From the NCBI GenBank assembly GCA_013203345.1, contig JABMQF010000032.1, forward strand, positions 1 to 52,657: DNA of 52,657 nt. Reading direction: 5' to 3'. Below, one piece after another: positions 28,460-36,816 of this stretch. Every line of letters begins with the position of its first letter. Within the stretch, counting starts at the first letter, position 1. Below the pieces are notes generated by a model, which did no database searches, was not told where the DNA came from, and saw only the letters and a list, made by a program, of their open reading frames with translations. Source of the DNA: Candidatus Woesearchaeota archaeon (GTDB taxonomy: Archaea; Nanobdellota; Nanobdellia; Woesearchaeales; UBA11576). The position numbers were made by a program, and so were the translations under genes.

Positions 28460-29077
28460 ATGGATAATCAAACAATCAAGGTCAAATCAAATGAGGAAAT
28501 ATCCTCTGTAAGACTCACCAAGAAGACCAAAAAGATGCTGGAATCTATGGCTCAGGGTAAAGAGACCCATGAACAGATAATACTTCGGTTGATACGGACA
28601 GTTACAGATCTATCCAAAGAAGAAGGCACCAGGATCATCGAAAAAGGTAAATTAAAAGGCACAAAGTACCAAAGAACACATAAAACAATACATGTTGAGA
28701 CTGACAAGAACAAGTATTCTGTTGTCTGTACTTACAACGACCTCGCGATCATCTCAATGTTAAAGAAGTCAACATACCTAAAAAATTACAAACCAGACCA
28801 TCTCGAGTGGGAACTTGATCTCGAAATAAATAATATTAAAATAGGCAGCAAAAACTGGTCTGATCCGGAAAAAATAATACAGTCAGACAAGAGCGAGTAC
28901 CGGCTTATCTACCTTATCTGTATCAAGGATGTGCTTGAACAGACATTTGACATCCAGATCTATGAAGTGATGACAAAGCCAGACTATTTCACCCCAGACA
29001 GATGGGAAAAAGCATATCAACGCAATGGTCTTTCCATGGATTCATTCTATTCCGACGTGCAGAAAAGGTTGAGATGA
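28460..29077 (+). CDS. Protein with N-terminal RHH/antitoxin-like domain
   Basis: SSVRLTKKTKKMLESM..GKETHEQIILRLI; stop overlaps next ATG. Confidence 0.65.
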   Translation: MDNQTIKVKSNEEISSVRLTKKTKKMLESMAQGKETHEQIILRLIRTVTDLSKEEGTRIIEKGKLKGTKYQRTHKTIHVETDKNKYSVVCTYNDLAIISMLKKSTYLKNYKPDHLEWELDLEINNIKIGSKNWSDPEKIIQSDKSEYRLIYLICIKDVLEQTFDIQIYEVMTKPDYFTPDRWEKAYQRNGLSMDSFYSDVQKRLR

Positions 29078-29688
29078 TGCCACAAAAAAGCTTTATCTGT
29101 GTTTTGCCCGAATACTCAAACCAGGAACATCTTGAGGATATTCGCAGTGAACAAGAACATGAATCAAGAATCAGATATACTCAAGGCGCGTTCACAATAG
29201 AGATTAGTGAAACAAATTCTTTTGTAGAGGATAAATACTCTTTGAATCTTACGACTGCAAGATATGTTGTTGTTGGGTCTGAAGGTAGCACAAAGAACAG
29301 GGAAGCTATGATTCACCACCACCCACACGGACACCGTGACAGGCATCTGCAGTTCAAACTTCAGGCAGCCCATGAAGTAATACGGATAAATCTTGATTTC
29401 CTGGATCATGAGGATTACATAAGATGTATCAAAGGTTTTCTTTCAGTATCTCAAAAAGTGATAGCCCATGAACAGGACGAGAACAGTATTTCAGTAGACC
29501 TGCAAAAGCACTTTTTCAACCAGCATATTGATGGACTCGAAAGCGAAAGACAGTTCCTATTGGGTAAAATCAGACAGGCTCATCAGTCCAGCAGAATACT
29601 AGACAACAACAATGACCCTGTAACACCAGGTAGACTGGTCTCGTTGAGATCAGAGTCCCATCTTCTGCCATTCCTGGACTGGCTCTAA
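29074..29688 (+). CDS. His-rich hypothetical protein (possible toxin)
   Basis: ATGA overlap start at 29074 (in frame with ORF 29002); motif HHHPHGHRDRHLQ. Confidence 0.6.
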   Translation: MMPQKSFICVLPEYSNQEHLEDIRSEQEHESRIRYTQGAFTIEISETNSFVEDKYSLNLTTARYVVVGSEGSTKNREAMIHHHPHGHRDRHLQFKLQAAHEVIRINLDFLDHEDYIRCIKGFLSVSQKVIAHEQDENSISVDLQKHFFNQHIDGLESERQFLLGKIRQAHQSSRILDNNNDPVTPGRLVSLRSESHLLPFLDWL

Positions 29689-30713
29689 ACATCCACCATC
29701 CCTTCAATCACAATCTCGCACTCAATCATACGCCCTTCCAATATGGTAGGATCATAATCAGAATTAAAAAACAGTTTACGACGCCAATAATCTTCTATTT
29801 TTTCACGATCAAACAATACTGCCTTACTATCATTCAACCGTTGCGCAAACCGCAAAAAATCCTTAACACTCAACCTATCAATAACATCCGGCTGCGTCGC
29901 CCTATCAAGCATCTCTGAATAAAGTGGACTTTTATACAATTCCATCACGCACCCAAGCGACTCCTCAAGTGACAAAAACATCCCACGATACCGTGCACCA
30001 CACATCGCCTGAAGAGTACGTCCAGCTGAAAAAATATCGGTTTTTGAATTCACTTCACCTGTTAACAATTCAGGCGCAGCATAGCTATACGTCAACGGAA
30101 AAGGATTCGCACTCCCAAGATGACAATATGCCCCAAAATCTATCAGCTTAAAATCTCCATTAGAATCAACACACAAATTGTCTGGTTTGATATCTTTATG
30201 CACTATCTCTTCAGATGAAAGATAGTCAAGACATTCTGCCAACTGCAATACCATCCGCTTGTAAGTATTATTGTCCAGTTCTGTGAACCGCATAGGAGAT
30301 AAAAGTTCCATCACATAGAAGTCATTAGCGATACCGCCGACAATAGGTATTGAATTATGATTTAATTCTGACATTATTGAATGCTCTTTGCAGAACCTTG
30401 TATAAACAAGCTTTTTTAAATCCTGTTCATTGCACGCTACGCGTTCAAGTAGTGATTCTGTTGCATCACCCTCAAAGTCAAGATAGTCCTTTTTCAGCGC
30501 CTTTATAGCGACCTCCTCATTGCCACAGCTTGCTTTATACACCTCTGAAAATCCACCTTCCCCAATCAATGATTCTATCTTATATGATAGACCATCCAAT
30601 TCAAGCACATCCCCTAAAGAATATGCTGTGCCTGTAGCAACTCCTACCCCTGATGTAGAAACAAAGTCCTGCTGGTCGCTGATTAAATCTCTAGCATTTA
30701 GTATATATCGCAT
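29685..30713 (-). CDS. Hanks-type Ser/Thr protein kinase
   Basis: IGEGGFSEVY, VAIK, HKDIKPDN, DFG, APE, DIFSAG; ATG 30713 within ORF to 30785. Confidence 0.9.
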   Translation of the reverse strand: MRYILNARDLISDQQDFVSTSGVGVATGTAYSLGDVLELDGLSYKIESLIGEGGFSEVYKASCGNEEVAIKALKKDYLDFEGDATESLLERVACNEQDLKKLVYTRFCKEHSIMSELNHNSIPIVGGIANDFYVMELLSPMRFTELDNNTYKRMVLQLAECLDYLSSEEIVHKDIKPDNLCVDSNGDFKLIDFGAYCHLGSANPFPLTYSYAAPELLTGEVNSKTDIFSAGRTLQAMCGARYRGMFLSLEESLGCVMELYKSPLYSEMLDRATQPDVIDRLSVKDFLRFAQRLNDSKAVLFDREKIEDYWRRKLFFNSDYDPTILEGRMIECEIVIEGMVDV

Positions 30714-30834
30714 CCCAGCACCTCTCAACCCCAGTATTATTAGGCAGTCAGAACTTAAATAAATTGTTTTGAATATTTTTATCAAAACGCAGAATAAGTA
30801 TTACTATATGTAACTTAAAAAAAACTCATCAAAA

Positions 30835-30972
30835 TTATTCCCAACCGCTATCCTGTTTTTTATTATTTCTGTCCACACCAGCCATGTGCTGTTCATAAGC
30901 CCAGCAAGGATGCATAGGACATCCACTTTCAGGACAATCTCTGAGATTCTTAGGGCAATTATCAACTCTCAT
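30835..30972 (-). CDS. Unannotated 45-aa Cys-rich peptide MRVDNCPKNLRDCPESGCPMHPCWAYEQHMAGVDRNNKKQDSGWE
   Basis: Hand translation; alternative in-frame ATG at 30990; co-oriented upstream of the kinase. Confidence 0.45.
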   Translation of the reverse strand: MRVDNCPKNLRDCPESGCPMHPCWAYEQHMAGVDRNNKKQDSGWE

Positions 30973-31280
30973 AAATGAAATATAAGACATAGAAGTATAA
31001 TAAGGTGCCGCTGACAGTACAAGTCAACACACAATCAAAGCTTCACAAGTTCTATTAACAAAGAAGATTGTAACTAAACTCCAAGTTTCCCGAAGGAATT
31101 TTCCAACTATCAATTCTTTATAGAGAACATATTATTTTGCTGCTTCAATCTTAAGCTTAAACCACTTTTTAGTCTCTTCCAATGTAGAATATCCTGCTTC
31201 ATCCAGAAATTCTGCTACTTTTTCCTGCATCATCACCATTTATACATCCTTCCAATCACATAACACATTATAAAAAAAGG

Positions 31281-31401
31281 TGCCGCCGATGGGATTTGAG
31301 CCCATGACCTCTACGTATCTCAGAGCTACAATTAATCACTGGCTTTCGCCTCATCGCTCATTCATATGAGCGTAGCGCTCTAACCGCTGAGCTACGGCGG
31401 C
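31281..31401 (-). tRNA. tRNA-Met(CAT), elongator-type, with 48-nt intron at 37/38 (31317-31364)
   Basis: Acceptor GCCGCCG/CGGCGGC, D-stem GCTC/GAGC, anticodon stem CTACG/CGTAG, T-stem ATGGG/CCCAT; BHB helix CTCA/TGAG with bulges TAT and ATA; mature length 73 nt. Confidence 0.9.
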
Positions 31402-31457
31402 ACTTAGGTTTTCTGAGAAAAGGATTATTTATAAGGTTTTTGGGGGGTTCAAGCAGT

Positions 31458-31841
31458 CTAACTCTCAAATTCGAGTTTCTTGACAGTCAAACCAGGAACA
31501 TTTGCAAAGTGCTTGTCAAGCGTGACTAGGATAAGGTTGTTATAAATGCATGTACCTGCAATATGAGTGTCATGATAGCTTATTGTTTTCCCTTTTACAG
31601 ACATCCTGGACTTCAGATCCGCTGACACATCCGCGCAGGGAGTGTCATATGCAATGACAGGGAGACTTCTGAGCATCCTTTGCATCTCTTCAAACCTTTT
31701 CCCTTTTCTAGTCGCGAGAAGCTCGTATCTCGTAAGAGATGATATTGCCACAGACTCTTCACCTATCTCAAGCAGGGCGGCAGCACCTGTCTTCGTCGCC
31801 GAGAGTATCTCAAACATCACTGAAGTGTCAAGCAAATACAT
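31458..31841 (-). CDS. vapC: VapC PIN toxin
   Basis: MYLLDTS, YELL, DTHIAGT, LVTLDKHF. Confidence 0.9.
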   Translation of the reverse strand: MYLLDTSVMFEILSATKTGAAALLEIGEESVAISSLTRYELLATRKGKRFEEMQRMLRSLPVIAYDTPCADVSADLKSRMSVKGKTISYHDTHIAGTCIYNNLILVTLDKHFANVPGLTVKKLEFES

Positions 31842-32073
31842 TATAGCGTTCCTCCATCTCCTTGTCCATCTTCTCACGTTGTTCCTTCAACCTCAATCTC
31901 ATCTTCTTCAATTCACTGCCAGAATCATTAAGTCTGCCAAAAAGTTCCTTCGCAGTAACCTTCCTATCGCCACCCACCCTCATGATTAGGTCAGAGAAGC
32001 TCTCATCAGGGCGCTTCATAGAACTAAGGATATCATACGCGTCTTGCTTGATTGTAATTGTCTTGACTACCAT
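31828..32073 (-). CDS. vapB: VapB antitoxin (RHH-like)
   Basis: KTITIKQDAYDIL..KRPDESFSDLIMR; overlaps vapC. Confidence 0.9.
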   Translation of the reverse strand: MVVKTITIKQDAYDILSSMKRPDESFSDLIMRVGGDRKVTAKELFGRLNDSGSELKKMRLRLKEQREKMDKEMEERYNVFA

Positions 32074-32095
32074 ATGTTTAAACATATGTTTAAAC
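32071..32095. promoter_or_regulatory. Overlapping palindromes CATATGTTTAAACATATGTTTAAAC (putative vapBC operator)
   Basis: Two perfect interleaved 18- and 20-bp palindromes abutting the vapB start. Confidence 0.6.
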
Positions 32096-32101
32096 TTATA
32101 T

Positions 32102-32524
32102 TTAAAGCTTTCTCTGCTCCAGAGCTTCTGTTATCTTAAGCCTCCACTCCTCTATCTCTCCTTCATCATACTTAGTCGAAGGCCAGAATCGAAACCCGTC
32201 ATCCTCAACGCGAGGTATGATATGAAAATGAAGATGCGACACTATCTGCCCTGCAGTTCGAAAATTGTTCTGCACGATATTGAACCCGCCGCAGCCCGTG
32301 CCTTGCTTCACAGCACCAGCCACTTTCTGAACACCCAACACAACGCGACAAAGAATTTCCTCAGGCACATCAAGGATAGTCTCATAATGCTCCTTAGGGA
32401 TCACCAGCGTGTGCCCTTTATTGTTCGGCGGTATGCTCAAAAATGCTATCACATCTGAATCTTCATAAACCTTTGCGCAGGGCGCTTCGCCCCGAACTAT
32501 TTTACAGAATATACAATCATCCAT
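32102..32524 (-). CDS. HIT family hydrolase
   Basis: CIFCKIV, GHTLVIPKEH, GQIVSHLHFHIIPR. Confidence 0.95.
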   Translation of the reverse strand: MDDCIFCKIVRGEAPCAKVYEDSDVIAFLSIPPNNKGHTLVIPKEHYETILDVPEEILCRVVLGVQKVAGAVKQGTGCGGFNIVQNNFRTAGQIVSHLHFHIIPRVEDDGFRFWPSTKYDEGEIEEWRLKITEALEQRKL

Positions 32525-32526
32525 TT

Positions 32527-32784
32527 TTATTCACCTTCAATTATCTTTTTTGCTTGAAGATAGCTTGGTAAATCTCCAATATCGTGCGGGTCTTCCCGTA
32601 ATATGTGCACGTGAACCGAACTTCTCTGGAAAAGATATGTTATAAAATTTCCCATACCATCGCTTGGCCGACCTTCAGAAAAATATTCCTCCAGAAATGC
32701 GATATCATCCTTCTTAAGCACATAAAACGGCAACCCGACCATCCGGCTTGTAGACTCGCTAGGTTGATATAGCAGACATGACAC
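32527..32784 (-). CDS. Hypothetical protein
   Basis: Tightly packed in the minus-strand gene run. Confidence 0.55.
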   Translation of the reverse strand: MSCLLYQPSESTSRMVGLPFYVLKKDDIAFLEEYFSEGRPSDGMGNFITYLFQRSSVHVHILREDPHDIGDLPSYLQAKKIIEGE

Positions 32785-32787
32785 ATC

Positions 32788-33561
32788 TCACCTAACCCAT
32801 CTCTTAAACCACTCTGCAATAAGCTCAACAAGCACCTCTCTCTTATCTCCTCGAAACCAATGATCAGCCTCGTCTACTTCTTCAATAGCTTTAGGATCAT
32901 TAGCAGCTCCAAAAAGCGTCCTGCTCTCATCTATCCGTACGCGCAGATCATCATTTCCGTGCACGAACAGCACAGGTACAAAGACTCTTTTCAGTTCATC
33001 CAGCACATTCTGCATTCTTGCACTGACAACATATCCTTTTCTTATCCGAAAATCAGAATTCTCATAAAGTCCTGTCCTCATCAGCTCTTCAATCTCATAC
33101 TTCTGGAATCTACTCTCTATGTGACGGTCAAAGTGGCTGCGCGCCCCTTGTACAACTAGCGCTTTCACTCTCGCGTCTTTGGCCGCAGCAAGCAATGCTA
33201 TATTACCACCAATATCTGTTCCAACAACAGATATCCTGTCCTTGTCTGCGTCCTTAAGCTCAGAAATAAAGTCAAGCGCAGAGATAACATCATCCACCTG
33301 CTGGTGTATTGTCAGTTCCTCGAAAGCACCAGTACTATCTCCATGACCGTGAAAATCAAAACGTAATGTCAGAAAACCATGATGCACAAGCATATTTGCA
33401 ATATCTGCAGTCAAGTCATGATGTTTATGCTCTGCAAAACCATGAAGCACAACCACCACAGGATACTTGATTGGCTCAACAGGTTCTGAATATCGTATGA
33501 TTCCAGAAAGAGTGTGTCCTTTTGAATTCCTAAACTCAACTTCTTTAGTAGTCACTAGCAC
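32788..33561 (-). CDS. Alpha/beta hydrolase
   Basis: LHGF, RFDFHGHGDS, elbow GTDIGG, HGNDD, ADHWF. Confidence 0.9.
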   Translation of the reverse strand: MLVTTKEVEFRNSKGHTLSGIIRYSEPVEPIKYPVVVVLHGFAEHKHHDLTADIANMLVHHGFLTLRFDFHGHGDSTGAFEELTIHQQVDDVISALDFISELKDADKDRISVVGTDIGGNIALLAAAKDARVKALVVQGARSHFDRHIESRFQKYEIEELMRTGLYENSDFRIRKGYVVSARMQNVLDELKRVFVPVLFVHGNDDLRVRIDESRTLFGAANDPKAIEEVDEADHWFRGDKREVLVELIAEWFKRWVR

Positions 33562-34031
33562 TCACCAGGCAGATATCCTTCAATCCCATCTTCAATACAG
33601 GCTTTACAAACATTGCTGAACTTCTGCCACGAATCTGTTTCAGTCTTATTATCATACAATCTCCCACATACAGGGTCGTATTCAGGAGGGCATATTGCTT
33701 TTCCCAGGTATTGATCGCCACATATTGTCATATTGAGCCCTGGTTCGCACTGATCATGGTAATATGCCCATTCTTCACAAAAGCTCCCATCCGCAAACCT
33801 GCAGATACCGTACTGGTTTCCTTTAGGATCCTCTTTAAGCTGCCATACTGCTCCTTCTGTACGCATGCAATTGAGTGTTGCAGGATTAGACACTCCTGTC
33901 TGCTCCATAGACCTTTCCTGCTCAAGTTCTTCATCTGTCATCATGTATTTCTGTTTCTCAGAACAACCAGATAATGTCGTAACCCCTATGGCAATCACAG
34001 CAATTACAATAAAAAGCAGTTTTAATTTCAT
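33555..34031 (-). CDS. DUF333 plus Kazal-like lipoprotein
   Basis: Lipobox LSGC; NPATLNC...GICRFADGSFCEEW; CPPEYDPVCG...FSNVCKAC. Confidence 0.8.
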   Translation of the reverse strand: MKLKLLFIVIAVIAIGVTTLSGCSEKQKYMMTDEELEQERSMEQTGVSNPATLNCMRTEGAVWQLKEDPKGNQYGICRFADGSFCEEWAYYHDQCEPGLNMTICGDQYLGKAICPPEYDPVCGRLYDNKTETDSWQKFSNVCKACIEDGIEGYLPGEC

Positions 34032-34076
34032 AATAGTCTCTTCTGCTTCAAAATATTTAAATATTTCCTACAAAGA

Positions 34077-34574
34077 ATGACAGTCATGATACTAATACTA
34101 GGAAGATTTCAACCTTTGCACAAGGGTCATATGAAAGTCTTAGAAGATGCTTATCAGGATGACAAAAGAATAATCATCGCTATAGGCAGTGCACAGGAGA
34201 AAAGGACAAAGCTGAATCCTTTTTCGGCTGTTCAAAGAAAGATAATGTTAGAAAAGTCACTTAAAGTGAAAAATATCCCTGCCAAGATATTCTTCATACC
34301 CGATATCAAAGGAGACGGGAATTATGTGCACCACATCGAAAATATTATCAAAAAAAAGCCAGGTAAGATAATAACAGAGAATCCTTGGACAGTGAGTCTT
34401 TTCAAAAAAGCAGGTTATGATGTGATTCTTACACCGCGCCATTTCAATATCAGCGCTACTGAAATCAGGAAAAGATTGACAAACAGAAAAAAGTGGAAAG
34501 ATATGGTGCCTGATGAAGTCGCTAAGTACATAGACAAGATTAATGGTGAGAATCTGATAAAAACTATAGCATAA
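34077..34574 (+). CDS. nadM: Nicotinamide-nucleotide adenylyltransferase (archaeal type)
   Basis: GRFQPLHKGH, IGSAQ, NPFS, ISATEIR, VP. Confidence 0.9.
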   Translation: MTVMILILGRFQPLHKGHMKVLEDAYQDDKRIIIAIGSAQEKRTKLNPFSAVQRKIMLEKSLKVKNIPAKIFFIPDIKGDGNYVHHIENIIKKKPGKIITENPWTVSLFKKAGYDVILTPRHFNISATEIRKRLTNRKKWKDMVPDEVAKYIDKINGENLIKTIA

Positions 34575-34596
34575 AGAGTTTCTGAAGAAAAAAGGA

Positions 34597-34731
34597 TGGA
34601 CTCTGCGGGATTTTCATTGGCTAACTATTGTCTAGCCATATTGAACCCGCTGCCTCCCGATTGCCAACCGGACGTTCTCTTCTGCTTTACGCAAGATTCA
34701 TCCAAGTAAAGTACCAGTGAACTAAGAGCCC
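34597..34731 (-). tRNA. tRNA-Ala(GGC) with two non-canonical introns (D-loop 34679-34712; T-loop 34611-34639)
   Basis: Acceptor GGGCTCT/AGAGTCC with G3:U70; anticodon GGC at 34663-34665; both inserts fold as BHB-like motifs; mature length 72 nt. Confidence 0.85.
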
Positions 34732-34755
34732 ATTTATGAAAATCTAGAAGGGGAT

Positions 34756-35022
34756 TTACTGAATCTTAACCTTTGTGCCTTTTGACTGTCCAGGCATTCC
34801 TGTCTCAAATATAACTCTGACCGCACCCTTGTTTCCGTGCGATGATCTTATTTCCCCTTTTAGCTCCTTTCCTGCTGGTGAAGTCCACACAACAGTCTTG
34901 CTGACAAGCTTTACAGCCTCCTCTTTGCTATCTACACCATCTATAACCAATATCATCTGGTTATTATATTGTGTGTGATGACTTCCCCGATAATTTGCTA
35001 TTACGCCTTCCATGAAAAACAC
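34756..35022 (-). CDS. rpl35ae: 50S ribosomal protein L35Ae
   Basis: GVIANYRGSHHTQ...HGNKGAVRVIFETGMPGQS; probable start 35013. Confidence 0.95.
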   Translation of the reverse strand: MFFMEGVIANYRGSHHTQYNNQMILVIDGVDSKEEAVKLVSKTVVWTSPAGKELKGEIRSSHGNKGAVRVIFETGMPGQSKGTKVKIQ

Positions 35023-35085
35023 CTAGTATGCGGTGTTTAAGACTTCCTTATAAACTTTTGGGGTAATATGCAAAATATACCTAAA

Positions 35086-35156
35086 AACCCACAAACAACC
35101 ACACAAACCCCACACAACCCCACAACAACACCCCACACAACCAACAACCACAACAC
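35086..35156 (+). repeat. C/A-only low-complexity tract
   Basis: About 70 nt of only C and A (CCCACACAAC-like units). Confidence 0.6.
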
Positions 35157-35278
35157 TGCTTGTGCTACCATTACCGCCTAGCGAGCTTAAAACTAAAGAA
35201 GCAATAGCGAGTGCAGTTGGGCGACCACATTAAAAAACACAGTAGTGCGAGCGCAGTAATGGTATTGCACAGGCAGTG
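35154..35278. other. Long imperfect inverted repeat enclosing GCGAG repeats (candidate ncRNA or MITE)
   Basis: CACTGCTTGTGCTACCATTACCGC pairs with GCAGTAATGGTATTGCACAGGCAGTG. Confidence 0.5.
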
Positions 35279-35411
35279 AAACCACGCCATGTCAAAGAAT
35301 CTGAGACGTTGATGTCGAAGGCTTTGTGATTTTTATTTTTCTATTAAATAATCAATAACCACCAAACCCCTCTCCAAACCTTAGACTTCTTCATACAAAC
35401 CACAAAATAAC

Positions 35412-35649
35412 TATACCAATAAGTATATATACCAAATAACACAATCATAAATAAACCAAAAAAAGAAACATTTTTATATGAGTATACCAAATGGAATAAA
35501 TATCAGAAAACATATAGACCAATTAAACTAAACGCGGCTCTTGCCGCGATCTCCAAAAAACAACCCCCCAATAAAATGGGGGGACCCCCCTTTTTTATCA
35601 CAATCTTTATATAAGATTAGTCCAATAAGACTATATACCGATTGGTAAA
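35412..35649 (+). promoter_or_regulatory. TATA boxes with 16-bp palindromic sites (TATACC-N4-GGTATA-like)
   Basis: Sites at 35412, 35428, 35483, 35515, 35618, 35634; TTTATATA at 35606 directly upstream of the last tandem pair. Confidence 0.55.
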
Positions 35650-35667
35650 TAAATTATTAACAGACAG

Positions 35668-36816
35668 ATGCAGCGACAAAGTAAAAAAAAAGAGGCGAAA
35701 CCGTTCACTTGCAGGATTTCTGAGCTTAAGCACGCTAAAGAATCTATTTCTAAATCAAAAACAGTCGCTGTTCTTGCTGCATCAGGACTAGGACGAACAT
35801 ATTTACTCAATAATATCTGCGACAACTCAAACTCTTTCTACATAGATCTAAGGAAATTAAGCCCAACACCCGAAAGCTTTTCTGTTGAGTTCATCGCTGC
35901 GCTCTGCAAAGATTCAGTACAACAACCATCAATTGATTATTTAAGCAAACTAAAACTTAGCAAAGAATGTAATGAAATCATAGCAACTGTAAAGAATGAA
36001 CTTGAAAAAATAAAACCTGACCAACAACTTCTACTTGATTCTGCGTTCAGGTTCGCACAGTCCTTCAAGATCAACGACAAAAAAACAATAATAGCAATAA
36101 ACAACTTTGAAGAACTTCTAAAGCTGAACAGTTTCTCAAAAATAAGTGATTCTATCGGAACTTTCTTCAGTCATGCCGATAAAGCAGGTTGTTCTTACAT
36201 AATTTCTTCCTCTGCTGTTCACTTAATGAAAACTGCTTTGAAGCAGTACAAGATCGACTCAATCAATCTCAAACCTCTGAAATTAGAAGCGGTCCATGAT
36301 CTGTTTGAAAGCATCGCAGGAAAAATTGACAAGAGAATATCAACCGAAGTCCTAAACATATCAGCAGGTCTGCCTATCGCAATAATCAGCATTGCCCAAA
36401 GATTCGCAAAAGAGAAATCAGAAGATGTGCAGCAAAACATCAGCCTGATTCATCACATCTTTGATTCTGAACTCGTCACAAAATACTCCAGACTGCATAG
36501 TTACTCAAGAAACCTGTTCACTGATTCCCTCAACAGAGCAAGAGGAGAATCACTTCTGAAAGCAATACTAAAAGTCGTATCACAAAACAGGCCAATGAGA
36601 CTTACAGAGATTGCACATTTGATATTCAGATCAGGTCCTGTTACCAAGAGTCTTATAGAACGGCTCGTCGAGGTTGACATGCTGGTCAAGACAGATAACA
36701 CATTTGATTTCGCCAATCCTGTTCTCAGGAGATGGTGCTATTTCATGTTCCGTAGTATTGAATTTGAAGAGACGCCTGAAGAGACAACATTATCTAAGAC
36801 AGGAGGACCACTATGA
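35668..36816 (+). CDS. Degenerate archaeal ATPase-fold protein with C-terminal wHTH (putative regulator)
   Basis: Walker A AASGLGRT, Walker B IIAINNFEE, SAGLP, RLTEIA...LIERLVEVDML, FANPVLRRW; ATGA overlap with next gene. Confidence 0.8.
   Translation: MQRQSKKKEAKPFTCRISELKHAKESISKSKTVAVLAASGLGRTYLLNNICDNSNSFYIDLRKLSPTPESFSVEFIAALCKDSVQQPSIDYLSKLKLSKECNEIIATVKNELEKIKPDQQLLLDSAFRFAQSFKINDKKTIIAINNFEELLKLNSFSKISDSIGTFFSHADKAGCSYIISSSAVHLMKTALKQYKIDSINLKPLKLEAVHDLFESIAGKIDKRISTEVLNISAGLPIAIISIAQRFAKEKSEDVQQNISLIHHIFDSELVTKYSRLHSYSRNLFTDSLNRARGESLLKAILKVVSQNRPMRLTEIAHLIFRSGPVTKSLIERLVEVDMLVKTDNTFDFANPVLRRWCYFMFRSIEFEETPEETTLSKTGGPL

Noticed and set aside
31132-31239. 35-aa minus-strand ORF MVMMQEKVAEFLDEAGYSTLEETKKWFKLKIEAAK
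   Set aside because: Too short with no motif; may be a gene remnant but cannot be supported.
5552-31280. Intact provirus or integrative conjugative element
   Set aside because: No integrase, capsid, terminase, primase or conjugation genes recognised.
35668-36816. Orc1/Cdc6 with adjacent replication origin
   Set aside because: Walker motifs are degenerate, the protein looks like the archaeal ATPase-wHTH family, and no canonical ORB boxes were seen.
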